Shown here: positions 1-9,046 of the stretch, piece after piece
Numbering within the stretch: position 1 is the first letter of the stretch
Layout: each line of letters starts with the position of its first letter
Assembly (NCBI GenBank): GCA_001773215.1
Contig: MEWB01000001.1
Coordinates: 322,473-386,472 of the forward strand
DNA length: 64,000 nucleotides
Source of the DNA: a candidate division WWE3 bacterium RIFOXYC1_FULL_40_10
GTDB lineage: Bacteria > Patescibacteriota > WWE3 > UBA101185 > UBA10185
Reading direction: 5' to 3'
Translations under genes and position numbers: made by a program
The notes under the pieces: model-generated
The model's database searches: none
Seen by the model: only the letters and a program-made list of their open reading frames with translations
Told to the model about the DNA's origin: nothing

Positions 1-145
1 CTCCGTAGGTGATATTATCTGCCGGCTTTGGGAACATGACAACTATAAAAAGCATTGGGAGAAGTGACAAGGCTACTACCAAAGCTATAAAGGATTTAGT
101 AATTTTGTGAGTGAAAACTCTTCTAAACTTACTCTTTTTGGGCAT
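1..145 (-). CDS. N-terminal part of a membrane-anchored protein, possibly a glycoside hydrolase (runs off the window edge)
   Basis: ATG at 145; my translation MPKKSKFRRVFTHKITKSFIALVVALSLLPMLFIVVMFPKPADNITYG has one TM helix and is open to position 1. Confidence 0.55.
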   Translation of the reverse strand, partial: MPKKSKFRRVFTHKITKSFIALVVALSLLPMLFIVVMFPKPADNITYG

Positions 146-184
146 TAAAATAATTATAATGGTTTAGGCTAACTATTGCCAATG

Positions 185-215
185 GCTGGGCGGTCCGAAG
201 ATCCGCCCAGCTTTT
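185..215. terminator. GC-rich hairpin downstream of ORF 226-633
   Basis: GCTGGGCGG/CCGCCCAGC stem; minus strand has CTTCGG in the loop; T-tract only on the + side. Confidence 0.45.
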
Positions 216-225
216 ATGTTCGATT

Positions 226-633
226 CTATTGGGCAAAGTCGCACCACTCTTTGTGGTTTATTTGTCTTTGAGTCATACCCTGAATCCTTGATTCAATATC
301 TTCCTGTGTTAGTCCGTTTTCTTGCCATCTTTTAGTCATCCACACCCTCATAAACTCCTGCATTTGTTCGTATGTGATGTTTTTTTCTCTTGCAATCTCT
401 ACGATAGTCTTTGTTTTCAGCTGTTCTTTTAGTTCATCGGCCGATAACCCAAAGAGTTCAGCCTTGGCCTCAATGCCTGGTTGTCGTCCCCTGGGAAATT
501 CTTTACCATTTCCGAAATCTTTCATGAAGTTTGGCCTTTGGTTGTCTGAAAAAGCTTTGGCTTTATCTATTGATAACCCAACTACAGATGCAGCTAATAC
601 ACCAATCACAGCTAAGGTCAAAAATTTATTCAT
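226..633 (-). CDS. Secreted hypothetical protein, possible ECF target
   Basis: Signal peptide ending AKA-F, AGGAGG SD, helical LFGLSADELKEQLKTKTIVEIA segment. Confidence 0.75.
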   Translation of the reverse strand: MNKFLTLAVIGVLAASVVGLSIDKAKAFSDNQRPNFMKDFGNGKEFPRGRQPGIEAKAELFGLSADELKEQLKTKTIVEIAREKNITYEQMQEFMRVWMTKRWQENGLTQEDIESRIQGMTQRQINHKEWCDFAQ

Positions 634-662
634 ATTTGTTCACCTCCTACATTGTTAAATAG

Positions 663-1196
663 CTACCGATAAGGTTGATACAACGGAAGAGGTGGTTTTC
701 TTTCATTGAACTTTTGGATACAGTTCTGAGGAGGACTCGTATCGCAAATGCGCATTCTTTTATAGAAATTTTTTAGTTGAGGTTTTTTTTCCAAGCGCTC
801 ATTTATACCTGTGATATCCAAAACCATGCCGGACAAGATTACCGCTACAATTATACCGGCAGCAAGAAAAAGTAAATTTTTCCGATAAGACAGCTCATAC
901 TTTGTGAGCAGGTTTATACCTACAATCACCAGGGTAATTGAGACAAGCAATACCCCCCACGGAAAGTGCTTTATAAAAAAAAGAGGAAAGGGCCTTTGTG
1001 GTCCGAAATCTGCCTGAAAAAAACTTGTTCTTATCCAAAATGAAATAAAATTTATCATAAAGGATGCAAAACTAAATGCTAGTAGAGTACCGGATATTAA
1101 TAAGGCTGTCCCAACAGTAAAAAATACTTTAGGCCTCATCTTTATTTGCCCGTTGCGGATTTTATTCATTATTGCTTGTTTCATTTGGTCTGACAT
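663..1196 (-). CDS. Membrane protein, putative anti-sigma factor
   Basis: Three TM segments; overlaps the ECF sigma stop. Confidence 0.65.
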   Translation of the reverse strand: MSDQMKQAIMNKIRNGQIKMRPKVFFTVGTALLISGTLLAFSFASFMINFISFWIRTSFFQADFGPQRPFPLFFIKHFPWGVLLVSITLVIVGINLLTKYELSYRKNLLFLAAGIIVAVILSGMVLDITGINERLEKKPQLKNFYKRMRICDTSPPQNCIQKFNERKPPLPLYQPYR

Positions 1197-1720
1197 ATTG
1201 TTTTTAGGAGTTTTTTACCCCTGTTAATTCTTGTACCTACGGTACCAACAGGAATTCTTAAAATGGTACTAATCTCATCGTAGGATTTATCTTCCAAGTA
1301 GTAAAGCACTAACGGCTCCTTGTATTTAATATCTACTTTATCTAAGCACAGTGCAATCCAGTTTTTGATCTCCTCCTTTTCGAAGTGTTCTTCCACGCTA
1401 AGATCGGTTGAAAATAGTTCGAAATCAAAATTACTTATCCATTTTCTTTTTATTAGTTTGTTTACAGATTCGTTGTGTGCAATTCTATAAATCCAACTCG
1501 AAAATTTTTTAGATAGATTTAACGAATTTAGATTCATATAAGCCTTAATAAATGTATCCTGGACTACATCTTCGGCCTCAGTATTATCCTTAAGGAGGTA
1601 AGAAACATATCTTACTAGCTTAGCTTGATATCTTTCTATTATATTTTCATATGCGAGTTTATCCCCCGCTATAACTTTTTTTACTATTTCTTCATCCGAG
1701 TACACACACTTATAATACAA
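1181..1720 (-). CDS. ECF RNA polymerase sigma factor
   Basis: AEDVVQDTFIKAY, FSSWIYRIAHN, SYDEISTILRIPVGTVGTRINRGK. Confidence 0.93.
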   Translation of the reverse strand: MYYKCVYSDEEIVKKVIAGDKLAYENIIERYQAKLVRYVSYLLKDNTEAEDVVQDTFIKAYMNLNSLNLSKKFSSWIYRIAHNESVNKLIKRKWISNFDFELFSTDLSVEEHFEKEEIKNWIALCLDKVDIKYKEPLVLYYLEDKSYDEISTILRIPVGTVGTRINRGKKLLKTICQTK

Positions 1721-1739
1721 CTAAAGAATGAGTATTATT

Positions 1740-2387
1740 TCAGCTAAACAAAGGATATGTGAATGATATGGGTTCATCATTATTTGGACGTGGAATGTGA
1801 ATATGTTGTAACCTTTCAAGCTCAAAAAACGTTTCGGCCTTATACCGTTCACCTGCTAGAGAAATAAACTTTAGCAGAATTTCAGCAGTGGCCAAGGCGT
1901 CTGGAAGTGCTCTATGCCGTCGGGAAATTTTGATACCATAAAAAGTGGATAGCGCGTCAAGGTGCACGTTTTGCATTTGGGGTAGCAATTTTCGAGCTAG
2001 TTTAACGGTACAAAGCTTGGGGCACTCAATAGCGATATCGGAATTTTTTAATTCGCTTTTTATAAAGCCATAGTCGAAGTCTACGTTGTGTGCTACAAAT
2101 ATCGTCTCACGCAGCAAGCCAGCAACTGTTTGTGAGTAGTGGCTAAACGGTTTTTCCTTGTCAACCATTTTTTGAGAAATATGTGTGTATTTGGCTACCC
2201 ATGGGTCAATCTCTTGTTTTGGGTTTACCAATGTCGTCCATGTTTTTCCTACTTTTCCCTTGCTCACTATTACGATGCCGATATCCGTAACCCTATTATA
2301 TCTCGAGTTCATACCTGTTGTTTCAACGTCGACAACAGCAAATTTCAGAGAGCTCAGGTTAGTTCTTTTTAGGTGTTCTATTGTCAC
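1740..2387 (-). CDS. DEDDh 3'-5' exonuclease (DnaQ/PolC-like)
   Basis: VDVETTG, VAHNVDFD, HRALPDA. Confidence 0.92.
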   Translation of the reverse strand: MTIEHLKRTNLSSLKFAVVDVETTGMNSRYNRVTDIGIVIVSKGKVGKTWTTLVNPKQEIDPWVAKYTHISQKMVDKEKPFSHYSQTVAGLLRETIFVAHNVDFDYGFIKSELKNSDIAIECPKLCTVKLARKLLPQMQNVHLDALSTFYGIKISRRHRALPDALATAEILLKFISLAGERYKAETFFELERLQHIHIPRPNNDEPISFTYPLFS

Positions 2388-2405
2388 AATTTCACTATAT
2401 TAGCA

Positions 2406-2430
2406 GAAAAACCCCCGATTGGGGGTTTTC
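2406..2430. terminator. Intrinsic terminator (bidirectional type)
   Basis: AAAAACCCCC-GATT-GGGGGTTTT. Confidence 0.75.
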
Positions 2431-2483
2431 TCTGATGAAGTATATATACCTGTGAGCTCACAGAATATATAGGGCAGGTATAA

Positions 2484-2579
2484 TTACTTCTTCTTTTTCT
2501 TAACAGCTTTTTTCTTTGTAGTTTTTTTCACTGTCTTTTTTGCTACTTTCTTAGCTTTTGCTTTCTTTTTTACTGGCAT
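2484..2579 (-). CDS. 31-aa lysine-rich histone H1-like peptide (absent from ORF track)
   Basis: MPVKKKAKAKKVAKKTVKKTTKKKAVKKKKK; AGGAGG 9 nt upstream; terminator downstream. Confidence 0.8.
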   Translation of the reverse strand: MPVKKKAKAKKVAKKTVKKTTKKKAVKKKKK

Positions 2580-2632
2580 TATTATCATCCTCCTCTCGAC
2601 TGTAATTAATTACGGGCAGAACGTCTCAACAA

Positions 2633-2812
2633 TTAGTCGTCTTTATCATCTTCATCTGGTCCCAAATCATCCCCTAGATCTAACTCCCCTGATGCCTCCA
2701 TTTCGATGCAAACTTCTTCATACAACTCCCAGTCCTCGGGAGAAGCGTCTTCGGCTGGCTCCCAAGTTGGATCATTTTGCAGATTTTTTACTATCTGTTC
2801 TTTTGTGAGCAT
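2633..2812 (-). CDS. Small very acidic hypothetical protein
   Basis: Start moved to ATG 2812, 1 nt after the upstream stop; D/E-rich. Confidence 0.7.
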   Translation of the reverse strand: MLTKEQIVKNLQNDPTWEPAEDASPEDWELYEEVCIEMEASGELDLGDDLGPDEDDKDD

Positions 2813-2813
2813 G

Positions 2814-3500
2814 TTAGATATTTGGCGCAGTGCCATAAATAACTACTCTGGTTCCCTGATCGTCTTGTGAAGAATAAACACTGGAAGTGTCTTTTGGTAA
2901 GGTTGGGTTGGCCCACGAAAATAGTTGCTCGACCTCCTCGGTTTTCATGTTTACACATCCATGGCTCATTGGTTGCCCAAAATTGTCGTGCCAGTAGGTT
3001 CCGTGGATGCTATACCCCATTCCCTTGGAAATCTCATCATTTGAAAAAAACATTGTGTAGGGAACGTTGGGCAAATAATAATATGTTCCTGCTTCCTGTG
3101 ATCCACCGGACATAAGTACATATTTCAGTTTAGACCAGATTCTAAATTCTCCGACCGGAGTCCTACCCCACTTACCGGTTGAAACTAGGAACTCAAATAC
3201 TTTTTTATCACCTTCGTAGGCGTATAACTTTTGGGTAGACAAATCTACCTCAATTCTTTTCTTATCAGTGTTAGAACCTAATACTTGTTTCGTCTCGTTG
3301 TTGAAACTTAAGGTCTGATTGGGCATCGTAACTTTAGTTCCATGAAATTCAGCCTGTTTGGCATTTTCTAAAAAATCCCCCGAAAAAGTCACTTTGTTAA
3401 TATAAGCGTTTTCGATAATTTTCTTATAAATATTGCTTTGCCGAATTTGAAAAAACAAAACACTCGCGGAAACTAAAATGAGCAGTAATTTAAATTTCAT
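2814..3500 (-). CDS. L,D-transpeptidase (YkuD family)
   Basis: IEVDLSTQKL, VSTG, IHGTYWH..FGQPMSHGCVNM. Confidence 0.92.
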   Translation of the reverse strand: MKFKLLLILVSASVLFFQIRQSNIYKKIIENAYINKVTFSGDFLENAKQAEFHGTKVTMPNQTLSFNNETKQVLGSNTDKKRIEVDLSTQKLYAYEGDKKVFEFLVSTGKWGRTPVGEFRIWSKLKYVLMSGGSQEAGTYYYLPNVPYTMFFSNDEISKGMGYSIHGTYWHDNFGQPMSHGCVNMKTEEVEQLFSWANPTLPKDTSSVYSSQDDQGTRVVIYGTAPNI

Positions 3501-3534
3501 ACCTTAAATATGATACCAAAGATTTTGAAATTAA

Positions 3535-4800
3535 TTAAACCTTGTATGTATATTTAATATATTTTGCTCCCAGATCAATCATGGGTTTTTCCATAAATCT
3601 GTAGCATAATTCTGCCGCTATAATAATCATTACCCAGGCAAATGAATGTTGAAAAAACAAATGCACAGTTGCGGGGTATGGCAAAAAGTTATCATAAAAC
3701 TTTGCCACTAATGGATTGTAGATATAAAAGAGGGCCGCTCTTAGACGAATAAACAAGAAATGAGAAAGATAGATAACATAAGATCTCGCTCCCACGTACT
3801 CCAACACTCTCCTAAGTCCTTTCATGTTGAGCACCCAGCCTTTTTCTTTGCTTGCTAAGAACACCAGTACAGTGGCGAAAACAGCTACCACAATGTAATT
3901 AAGATAGTATCTATAATTATCCTGGGTTAGAGAGGGTGTAATCCAAATAACGGCTAACAATGTTAGGCTCACCAAAAATTTGGAAGTACCCTCAAGAATG
4001 GTTACGATCCATCTAATAATTTTGGGATTGTTGATTACACGAGACAGTTTGTTGATCAAAGAAAATTCGAAATAATTGGGTTTTGTATCAGGTTTTTCTG
4101 CTTTAGTGGCCTTTAGTGTAAATAGCGCAAGTAGTACTCCAAAAACAATGGCGAAATATCTCTCCGCAAATACGTATTTCAAAACCGTCGATTTGAGGAG
4201 ATAGGAGCCGGCCGGAACTACAAGCGTTAAAAATAGTAATATTCTTAGTAGCATTTTTTTTCTGTTCTTAAGGTTAGTTGCTATCAAAAACAATATTGGC
4301 AGAGTGATATAGAATTGCTCCTCAACGCAAAGGCTCCAATATTGGCTTAGATTACCGCTAAGCCCGTAAGACACCATATAGTTATAAAAGCCGCTGAGAA
4401 TTCCAATCGCTTCCATGAAAATATACTCGGGCTTACTAAAATCCGAGGCAATTGTATTTTTAAAAAGCATCGAAAGGCACCAATAAGAAAACATCCAAAA
4501 AATTGCCATTGGTAGAATTCTAAAAGCTCTTTTAAGATAAAATATAGATAGTGCTTGTTTTGATTTTTCCAACTTTTCCTCGAAAGAAGAGTCCTCCTTT
4601 AAATCAGGTAATAGTCGGAGTAGTGATAATGTGACTACAAATCCCGATATTACAAAAAAAATATCGACGCCAGTGAACGTCTGTGTTAAATAAGGTGGTA
4701 ATAAGTCGGAAAATGAGCCGTGAGCGATAGCTGTCATAATGACAGCAACTCCGCGCAGCCTTTCAATTTCTAAGTTTTTGGTTTTGGCTTGATCTGGCAT
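3535..4800 (-). CDS. Acyltransferase family 3 (OafA-like)
   Basis: LRGVAV, GVDIFFVISGF, FYLKRAFRILP, WSLCVEEQFY. Confidence 0.92.
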   Translation of the reverse strand: MPDQAKTKNLEIERLRGVAVIMTAIAHGSFSDLLPPYLTQTFTGVDIFFVISGFVVTLSLLRLLPDLKEDSSFEEKLEKSKQALSIFYLKRAFRILPMAIFWMFSYWCLSMLFKNTIASDFSKPEYIFMEAIGILSGFYNYMVSYGLSGNLSQYWSLCVEEQFYITLPILFLIATNLKNRKKMLLRILLFLTLVVPAGSYLLKSTVLKYVFAERYFAIVFGVLLALFTLKATKAEKPDTKPNYFEFSLINKLSRVINNPKIIRWIVTILEGTSKFLVSLTLLAVIWITPSLTQDNYRYYLNYIVVAVFATVLVFLASKEKGWVLNMKGLRRVLEYVGARSYVIYLSHFLFIRLRAALFYIYNPLVAKFYDNFLPYPATVHLFFQHSFAWVMIIIAAELCYRFMEKPMIDLGAKYIKYTYKV

Positions 4801-4864
4801 ATAATACTAGAAGATTATACTACAGTGAGTATAATTCCAATACTATAGTCAAATAAAGGAGAGA

Positions 4865-5446
4865 ATGATGCACTGGATAAGCTATATCAGGGAAGTTTGG
4901 CCGGGTTTGCTCACGGCGGCGAATGTACTTCGTCTCCCGTTGGATAAGATATCACCCGAGATGCTGAGGACTTTACAAGACGCAGGGACGCTTTATGGGG
5001 TTATAATTGAAAACAGAGGGATCCTGGTTTGGCGGGCAAAGGAGCGTGGGAAACGCAAGTTTGGTACCAAAAAGTTTGTCGTTGAATATCAAGCCGGTGA
5101 TCTACTTGTGGCCACACCCTCGGAAGTGTTTCCAAGTGTATTAGCGCGCCATACTGAAAGCGAAAGGAAACTATGGTTCAGCTACCAAGAACTCCAGGGA
5201 CCCATTCCCGCCGACATACTAGGGATTCTTGTGATAAAGGACCTTTTATCCCTTCGCTGGGAATGGCACACAGCTATCGAGACGCACCCAAGATTAGGTT
5301 TGATCGTGCCACAGAGGTATGTGATCGAACTTTCGGGTCAGAATGGGGTCACTAAGTTGTTTCCGGGATCAGCTCTAATTGTTTCAGAACAGGGGCTTTC
5401 CGGAATTCCTCATCGTAAAATGATAGATTATTCATACCATAAATAA
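4865..5446 (+). CDS. Hypothetical protein
   Basis: 193-aa ORF with AAGGAG SD and downstream hairpin. Confidence 0.7.
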   Translation: MMHWISYIREVWPGLLTAANVLRLPLDKISPEMLRTLQDAGTLYGVIIENRGILVWRAKERGKRKFGTKKFVVEYQAGDLLVATPSEVFPSVLARHTESERKLWFSYQELQGPIPADILGILVIKDLLSLRWEWHTAIETHPRLGLIVPQRYVIELSGQNGVTKLFPGSALIVSEQGLSGIPHRKMIDYSYHK

Positions 5447-5450
5447 CAGA

Positions 5451-5486
5451 AGCCCTCTTTTGATGTAAATGTATCAAAAGAGGGCT
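5451..5486 (+). terminator. Long hairpin after ORF 4865-5446
   Basis: AGCCCTCTTTTGAT/ATCAAAAGAGGGCT 14-bp perfect stem. Confidence 0.65.
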
Positions 5487-5506
5487 ACTAGTTTTATAAT
5501 TAGGTA

Positions 5507-6367
5507 ATGCAAAACATAATTGACTGGATAAGAAATAATAAGCTTACAAGTGTGTTGTTCTTGATACTAGCTTTAGTACTCTTTCAAGGAACTACTAAAA
5601 ATAAATATGGCAATACAATTGTTTCAGACGCAGTAGTCTATCAGGAGGCTGCAGGTAAAAGAGGTTTGGAACAAGTTCCCGCTCAACAACGAAGAGTAAT
5701 CACCAGCTCCAGTTTTTCTTTGCTTGTTGAAAAGGTTGTAGACACAGCGGATGCAATAAAGCTTGAGGTTGAGAAATTAGGCGGGTACGTTATAAACACA
5801 AATATTTCACATCCGGAGTCAGGAGATTACGCTTATCTTAGTATTAGAGTACCCACAGATAAAGTACCATCTATCCAAAAGCTATTAAGAGACAAATCGG
5901 TAAAAGTAGTAAATGAAAATATTTCGGGGGATGATATTACGGATCAGTACATAGATATTCAGGAAAGACTGACAAAGTTGGAAAATACTAAGAGAAGACT
6001 TGAAGAAATTATGGTTCTAGCAAAGGATGTAGACGAAATAATGATGGTTCAGCAAAACATTTTCAATCTCCAGGACCAGATCGATAGTTATAAAGGCCAG
6101 TTAAAGTATATGAATGAGGCTACAGCTACCAGCTTGATCAGTATCGACTTATCTACTGACGAGTTAGCACTGCCCTATACTCCACTGGATGTTTGGAGAC
6201 CGGGTGTTGTATTTAAGTTGGCGGTGCGATCTATGTTGGGCACCTTGCAGCAGCTAGGTACTGCTGCGATCTGGCTAGCAGTTTACGCAGTACTACTAGT
6301 TCCAGTCCTAATAGCTGTTAAACTGGGATTAAACATAATTAGGAAACGTCAGTCAAAAGTTTTGTAA
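5507..6367 (+). CDS. DUF4349-domain protein
   Basis: GGYV, LSIRVP, DITDQYIDIQERL, C-terminal TM. Confidence 0.85.
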   Translation: MQNIIDWIRNNKLTSVLFLILALVLFQGTTKNKYGNTIVSDAVVYQEAAGKRGLEQVPAQQRRVITSSSFSLLVEKVVDTADAIKLEVEKLGGYVINTNISHPESGDYAYLSIRVPTDKVPSIQKLLRDKSVKVVNENISGDDITDQYIDIQERLTKLENTKRRLEEIMVLAKDVDEIMMVQQNIFNLQDQIDSYKGQLKYMNEATATSLISIDLSTDELALPYTPLDVWRPGVVFKLAVRSMLGTLQQLGTAAIWLAVYAVLLVPVLIAVKLGLNIIRKRQSKVL

Positions 6368-7800
6368 ACTCTTGCTAGTTTCTTGCCATTGTTCTTAAAA
6401 GTGTAAACGGAATCTTTGCCGACTGTTTGCCCGAATATCTCACCGGTTCCTCGGATATTGAAAGGGCGGTCGATGTAGATAATATAATAGCAGTGTGTGT
6501 CATCCGAAATTCCGAATTGATCATCCATGTATATCTGTGAAATCTCTTTCCCTTCGTTGGTAAGATAGTTACACTTTTCCGGATCTAAAGAAACTACTCT
6601 GTTAATTTCTTTCCAATTTCTAAAATGGGGAAAACCGAAGGTTAAAATTTCTCCGTCTGTGAATTTTGGAGCCACTAAATTAATTCCCTTCCAGTTGAGC
6701 ACGACTTTTTCTTGCCAGGGGTACTCTCTGGTGTGGTCTATAAATAATATGTGAGATTGCCAAATCAAAAAGGCCAGGGACACGAAGATGGGCACAAAAA
6801 ATATACCGTAGAACACTTTCTTATATGCAAATATAGAGCTAATTCCAAGTGCGGCAACAAATATTGCGGGAATTACATAATTGTATATATGAGTACCTGG
6901 TTTATCCATCAAATACTTGATAGCCAGAAAATTTAGTAAGAACCACAGGATAAACACCAGGTTTCTCCTAAAATTAAACAACGACAGCATCATTAGGCTG
7001 AGAATAAAATACAACGCCAGGAAGGGATTATACAAGTCAAAAATAAACTTATGCCTTAGAAAACCTAGGCTATTCCAACCAAAACGGCGATCGAAGTAAA
7101 TTAGGTTCGCCGAATTTTTTATGGTAGAAATAACGTAAGGGATTAGAAATGGCAGAATAAGTAGCACAAGAACAGCCAGATTAGTAATTAGAAGGCGTTT
7201 TTTAAGTGAGTACTCAATATCGGTTCGTCGAAAAAATTCAATTACAAAATATATAGTGGGAACTAAGTAAAAGATTGCATCCCAATGAGAAAGTAACGAG
7301 ATGCTAAAAAATATTGAGCCCAGCGCAGAAAGTAAAACGTGCCTTGAGGTGGCTTTTCGCAGCTTTGCAAACATGAGCAAGGACAATAAGGAGAAGAATA
7401 TATTTAAATTTTGATACTGCGCAATCCTGCCAAACCCAACAATAAATCCATTCGATAGAAAAAGTACTGCTCCCATAAAGGAAACGAGCTCGGACTCGAT
7501 GAACTCCTTTAGGAGTAAGTAAAAAATTACTATCGAAAGATAACTCAGAATAGTAAAGGGCATCCGCAAGCTAATTTCGTCACGCGGATTTTCCGTAAAA
7601 AACAGCACTCCCGAAGTTACTAAAAATTGTATCGGTCCTTTACGTTGTTTCATGAAAAATTCAAAGTTTGACCCTCCTGGTTGATTTCTAATTAATGCTT
7701 TTTTTTCGTCGTCTTGAAATTCGGAATAGCCTAGATCAGGGAACTTTAAAAACCATCCCAGTATCAGCAGTAGGATAATAGGTAACACCTTTTTAAACAT
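6349..7800 (-). CDS. GT-C fold membrane glycosyltransferase (ArnT/PMT-like)
   Basis: FQDDE after first TM, KGP, LRMP, many TM helices; start set at MFKKV. Confidence 0.8.
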   Translation of the reverse strand: MFKKVLPIILLLILGWFLKFPDLGYSEFQDDEKKALIRNQPGGSNFEFFMKQRKGPIQFLVTSGVLFFTENPRDEISLRMPFTILSYLSIVIFYLLLKEFIESELVSFMGAVLFLSNGFIVGFGRIAQYQNLNIFFSLLSLLMFAKLRKATSRHVLLSALGSIFFSISLLSHWDAIFYLVPTIYFVIEFFRRTDIEYSLKKRLLITNLAVLVLLILPFLIPYVISTIKNSANLIYFDRRFGWNSLGFLRHKFIFDLYNPFLALYFILSLMMLSLFNFRRNLVFILWFLLNFLAIKYLMDKPGTHIYNYVIPAIFVAALGISSIFAYKKVFYGIFFVPIFVSLAFLIWQSHILFIDHTREYPWQEKVVLNWKGINLVAPKFTDGEILTFGFPHFRNWKEINRVVSLDPEKCNYLTNEGKEISQIYMDDQFGISDDTHCYYIIYIDRPFNIRGTGEIFGQTVGKDSVYTFKNNGKKLARVYKTFD

Positions 7801-7824
7801 ACTTTTTAAAGTATACATTACGAC

Positions 7825-8994
7825 TTAGCCAAACAGATACAGTTCTTCTTGGGCACGCGTGACTCCTGTGTAAAGCCATTTCTTCCACGTCGAATCATCC
7901 ATTTTTGAAAAACGTTCTTCGAACAAAATTACCTTTTTGGCCTGACTTCCCTGAGCTTTGTGAACAGTTAGGGCATAGCCAAAATCAAACAGATCCCCTT
8001 TTAGTGCGAATTTTCTTTGTTCTGTAAAATTAATAGAATTTAATGCTCCAAACTGCAGGGCGTAAATAAGTCCAGTATATAAACTATCCGAATCATCCAT
8101 TAATATGGCTGCTTCAAACCAGTCCTTCTCTACTCTCTCTATGTTTTGAATTGTTCCAAGCATGCCATTGTAAACATTTTTCTTCTGGTTGTTTCTTAGG
8201 CAAATAACTCTATCTCCGGGTTCGGGTGTGGGGTGCTCATACCCTAAAACGGTTCGAATAAAGTTATTGATCCTGGCTCTTGTAGAGTTATAACCGCATA
8301 AAATTAGTGTATCTGTTGTATAGCCCTCCAAAAGTTCAGTTGACATGGCCTGAGAGAAAGGATCATCTTTAGAATACTTAATAACTTTAGCATTGTATTC
8401 CTTAGCAGGAATTACTCCGGTGTTTCTGGCGTGAATAGAAACTTGAATTATAGGGTTGTTCTTTGCCTGGCGGTGAATTTCAGTTAATAGTAATTGGGGG
8501 TTAGCCATGAGATTAAAATTTCCGTTTATTGGTGGAAGTTGGCCGTGATCACCCACCGCAACTATCGGGATTTTATAGGAGAGTAAATCCATCCATATAT
8601 TACTATCTACCATAGAAGCTTCGTCCACGATAATAAGGTCAGTATCCAGCTCATCCTTTCTTTCCCACCCCACAATCTCTTTATTGGTATTTTCAATTGG
8701 GTCATAGATTAAGCCATGTATTGTGCTAATAGTATCTCTCCAAGTAAGCGCGTTTTGCTCCACCAGCTTATTTTTTAGGTTTTGGGCGGCTCTGCCAGTA
8801 TAACTGCAAAAAGCTATTTTCATTTTTTTATCGGTTTTCGTCAGGTGAGTCTTAAAAACCGAAATAAGTGAAGTTTTGCCTGTTCCGGCATATCCCCCAA
8901 GTGTAATAAATTGCTCTCTTTTAGGATCTCCAAACCACTTTAGTAATGCACTCAATGCTTTTTGCTGGTCTGCTGATAATTCCATGGATATCAT
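7825..8994 (-). CDS. RecD/Dda-like SF1B helicase
   Basis: GYAGTGKT, IVDEASM, VGDHGQLPP, YALTVHKAQGS, YTGVTRA. Confidence 0.92.
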   Translation of the reverse strand: MISMELSADQQKALSALLKWFGDPKREQFITLGGYAGTGKTSLISVFKTHLTKTDKKMKIAFCSYTGRAAQNLKNKLVEQNALTWRDTISTIHGLIYDPIENTNKEIVGWERKDELDTDLIIVDEASMVDSNIWMDLLSYKIPIVAVGDHGQLPPINGNFNLMANPQLLLTEIHRQAKNNPIIQVSIHARNTGVIPAKEYNAKVIKYSKDDPFSQAMSTELLEGYTTDTLILCGYNSTRARINNFIRTVLGYEHPTPEPGDRVICLRNNQKKNVYNGMLGTIQNIERVEKDWFEAAILMDDSDSLYTGLIYALQFGALNSINFTEQRKFALKGDLFDFGYALTVHKAQGSQAKKVILFEERFSKMDDSTWKKWLYTGVTRAQEELYLFG

Positions 8995-9046
8995 AATAAA
9001 TCTTTAACTGGCTAATACCTAATTGATCGAGTATAATCTCAAAGTC

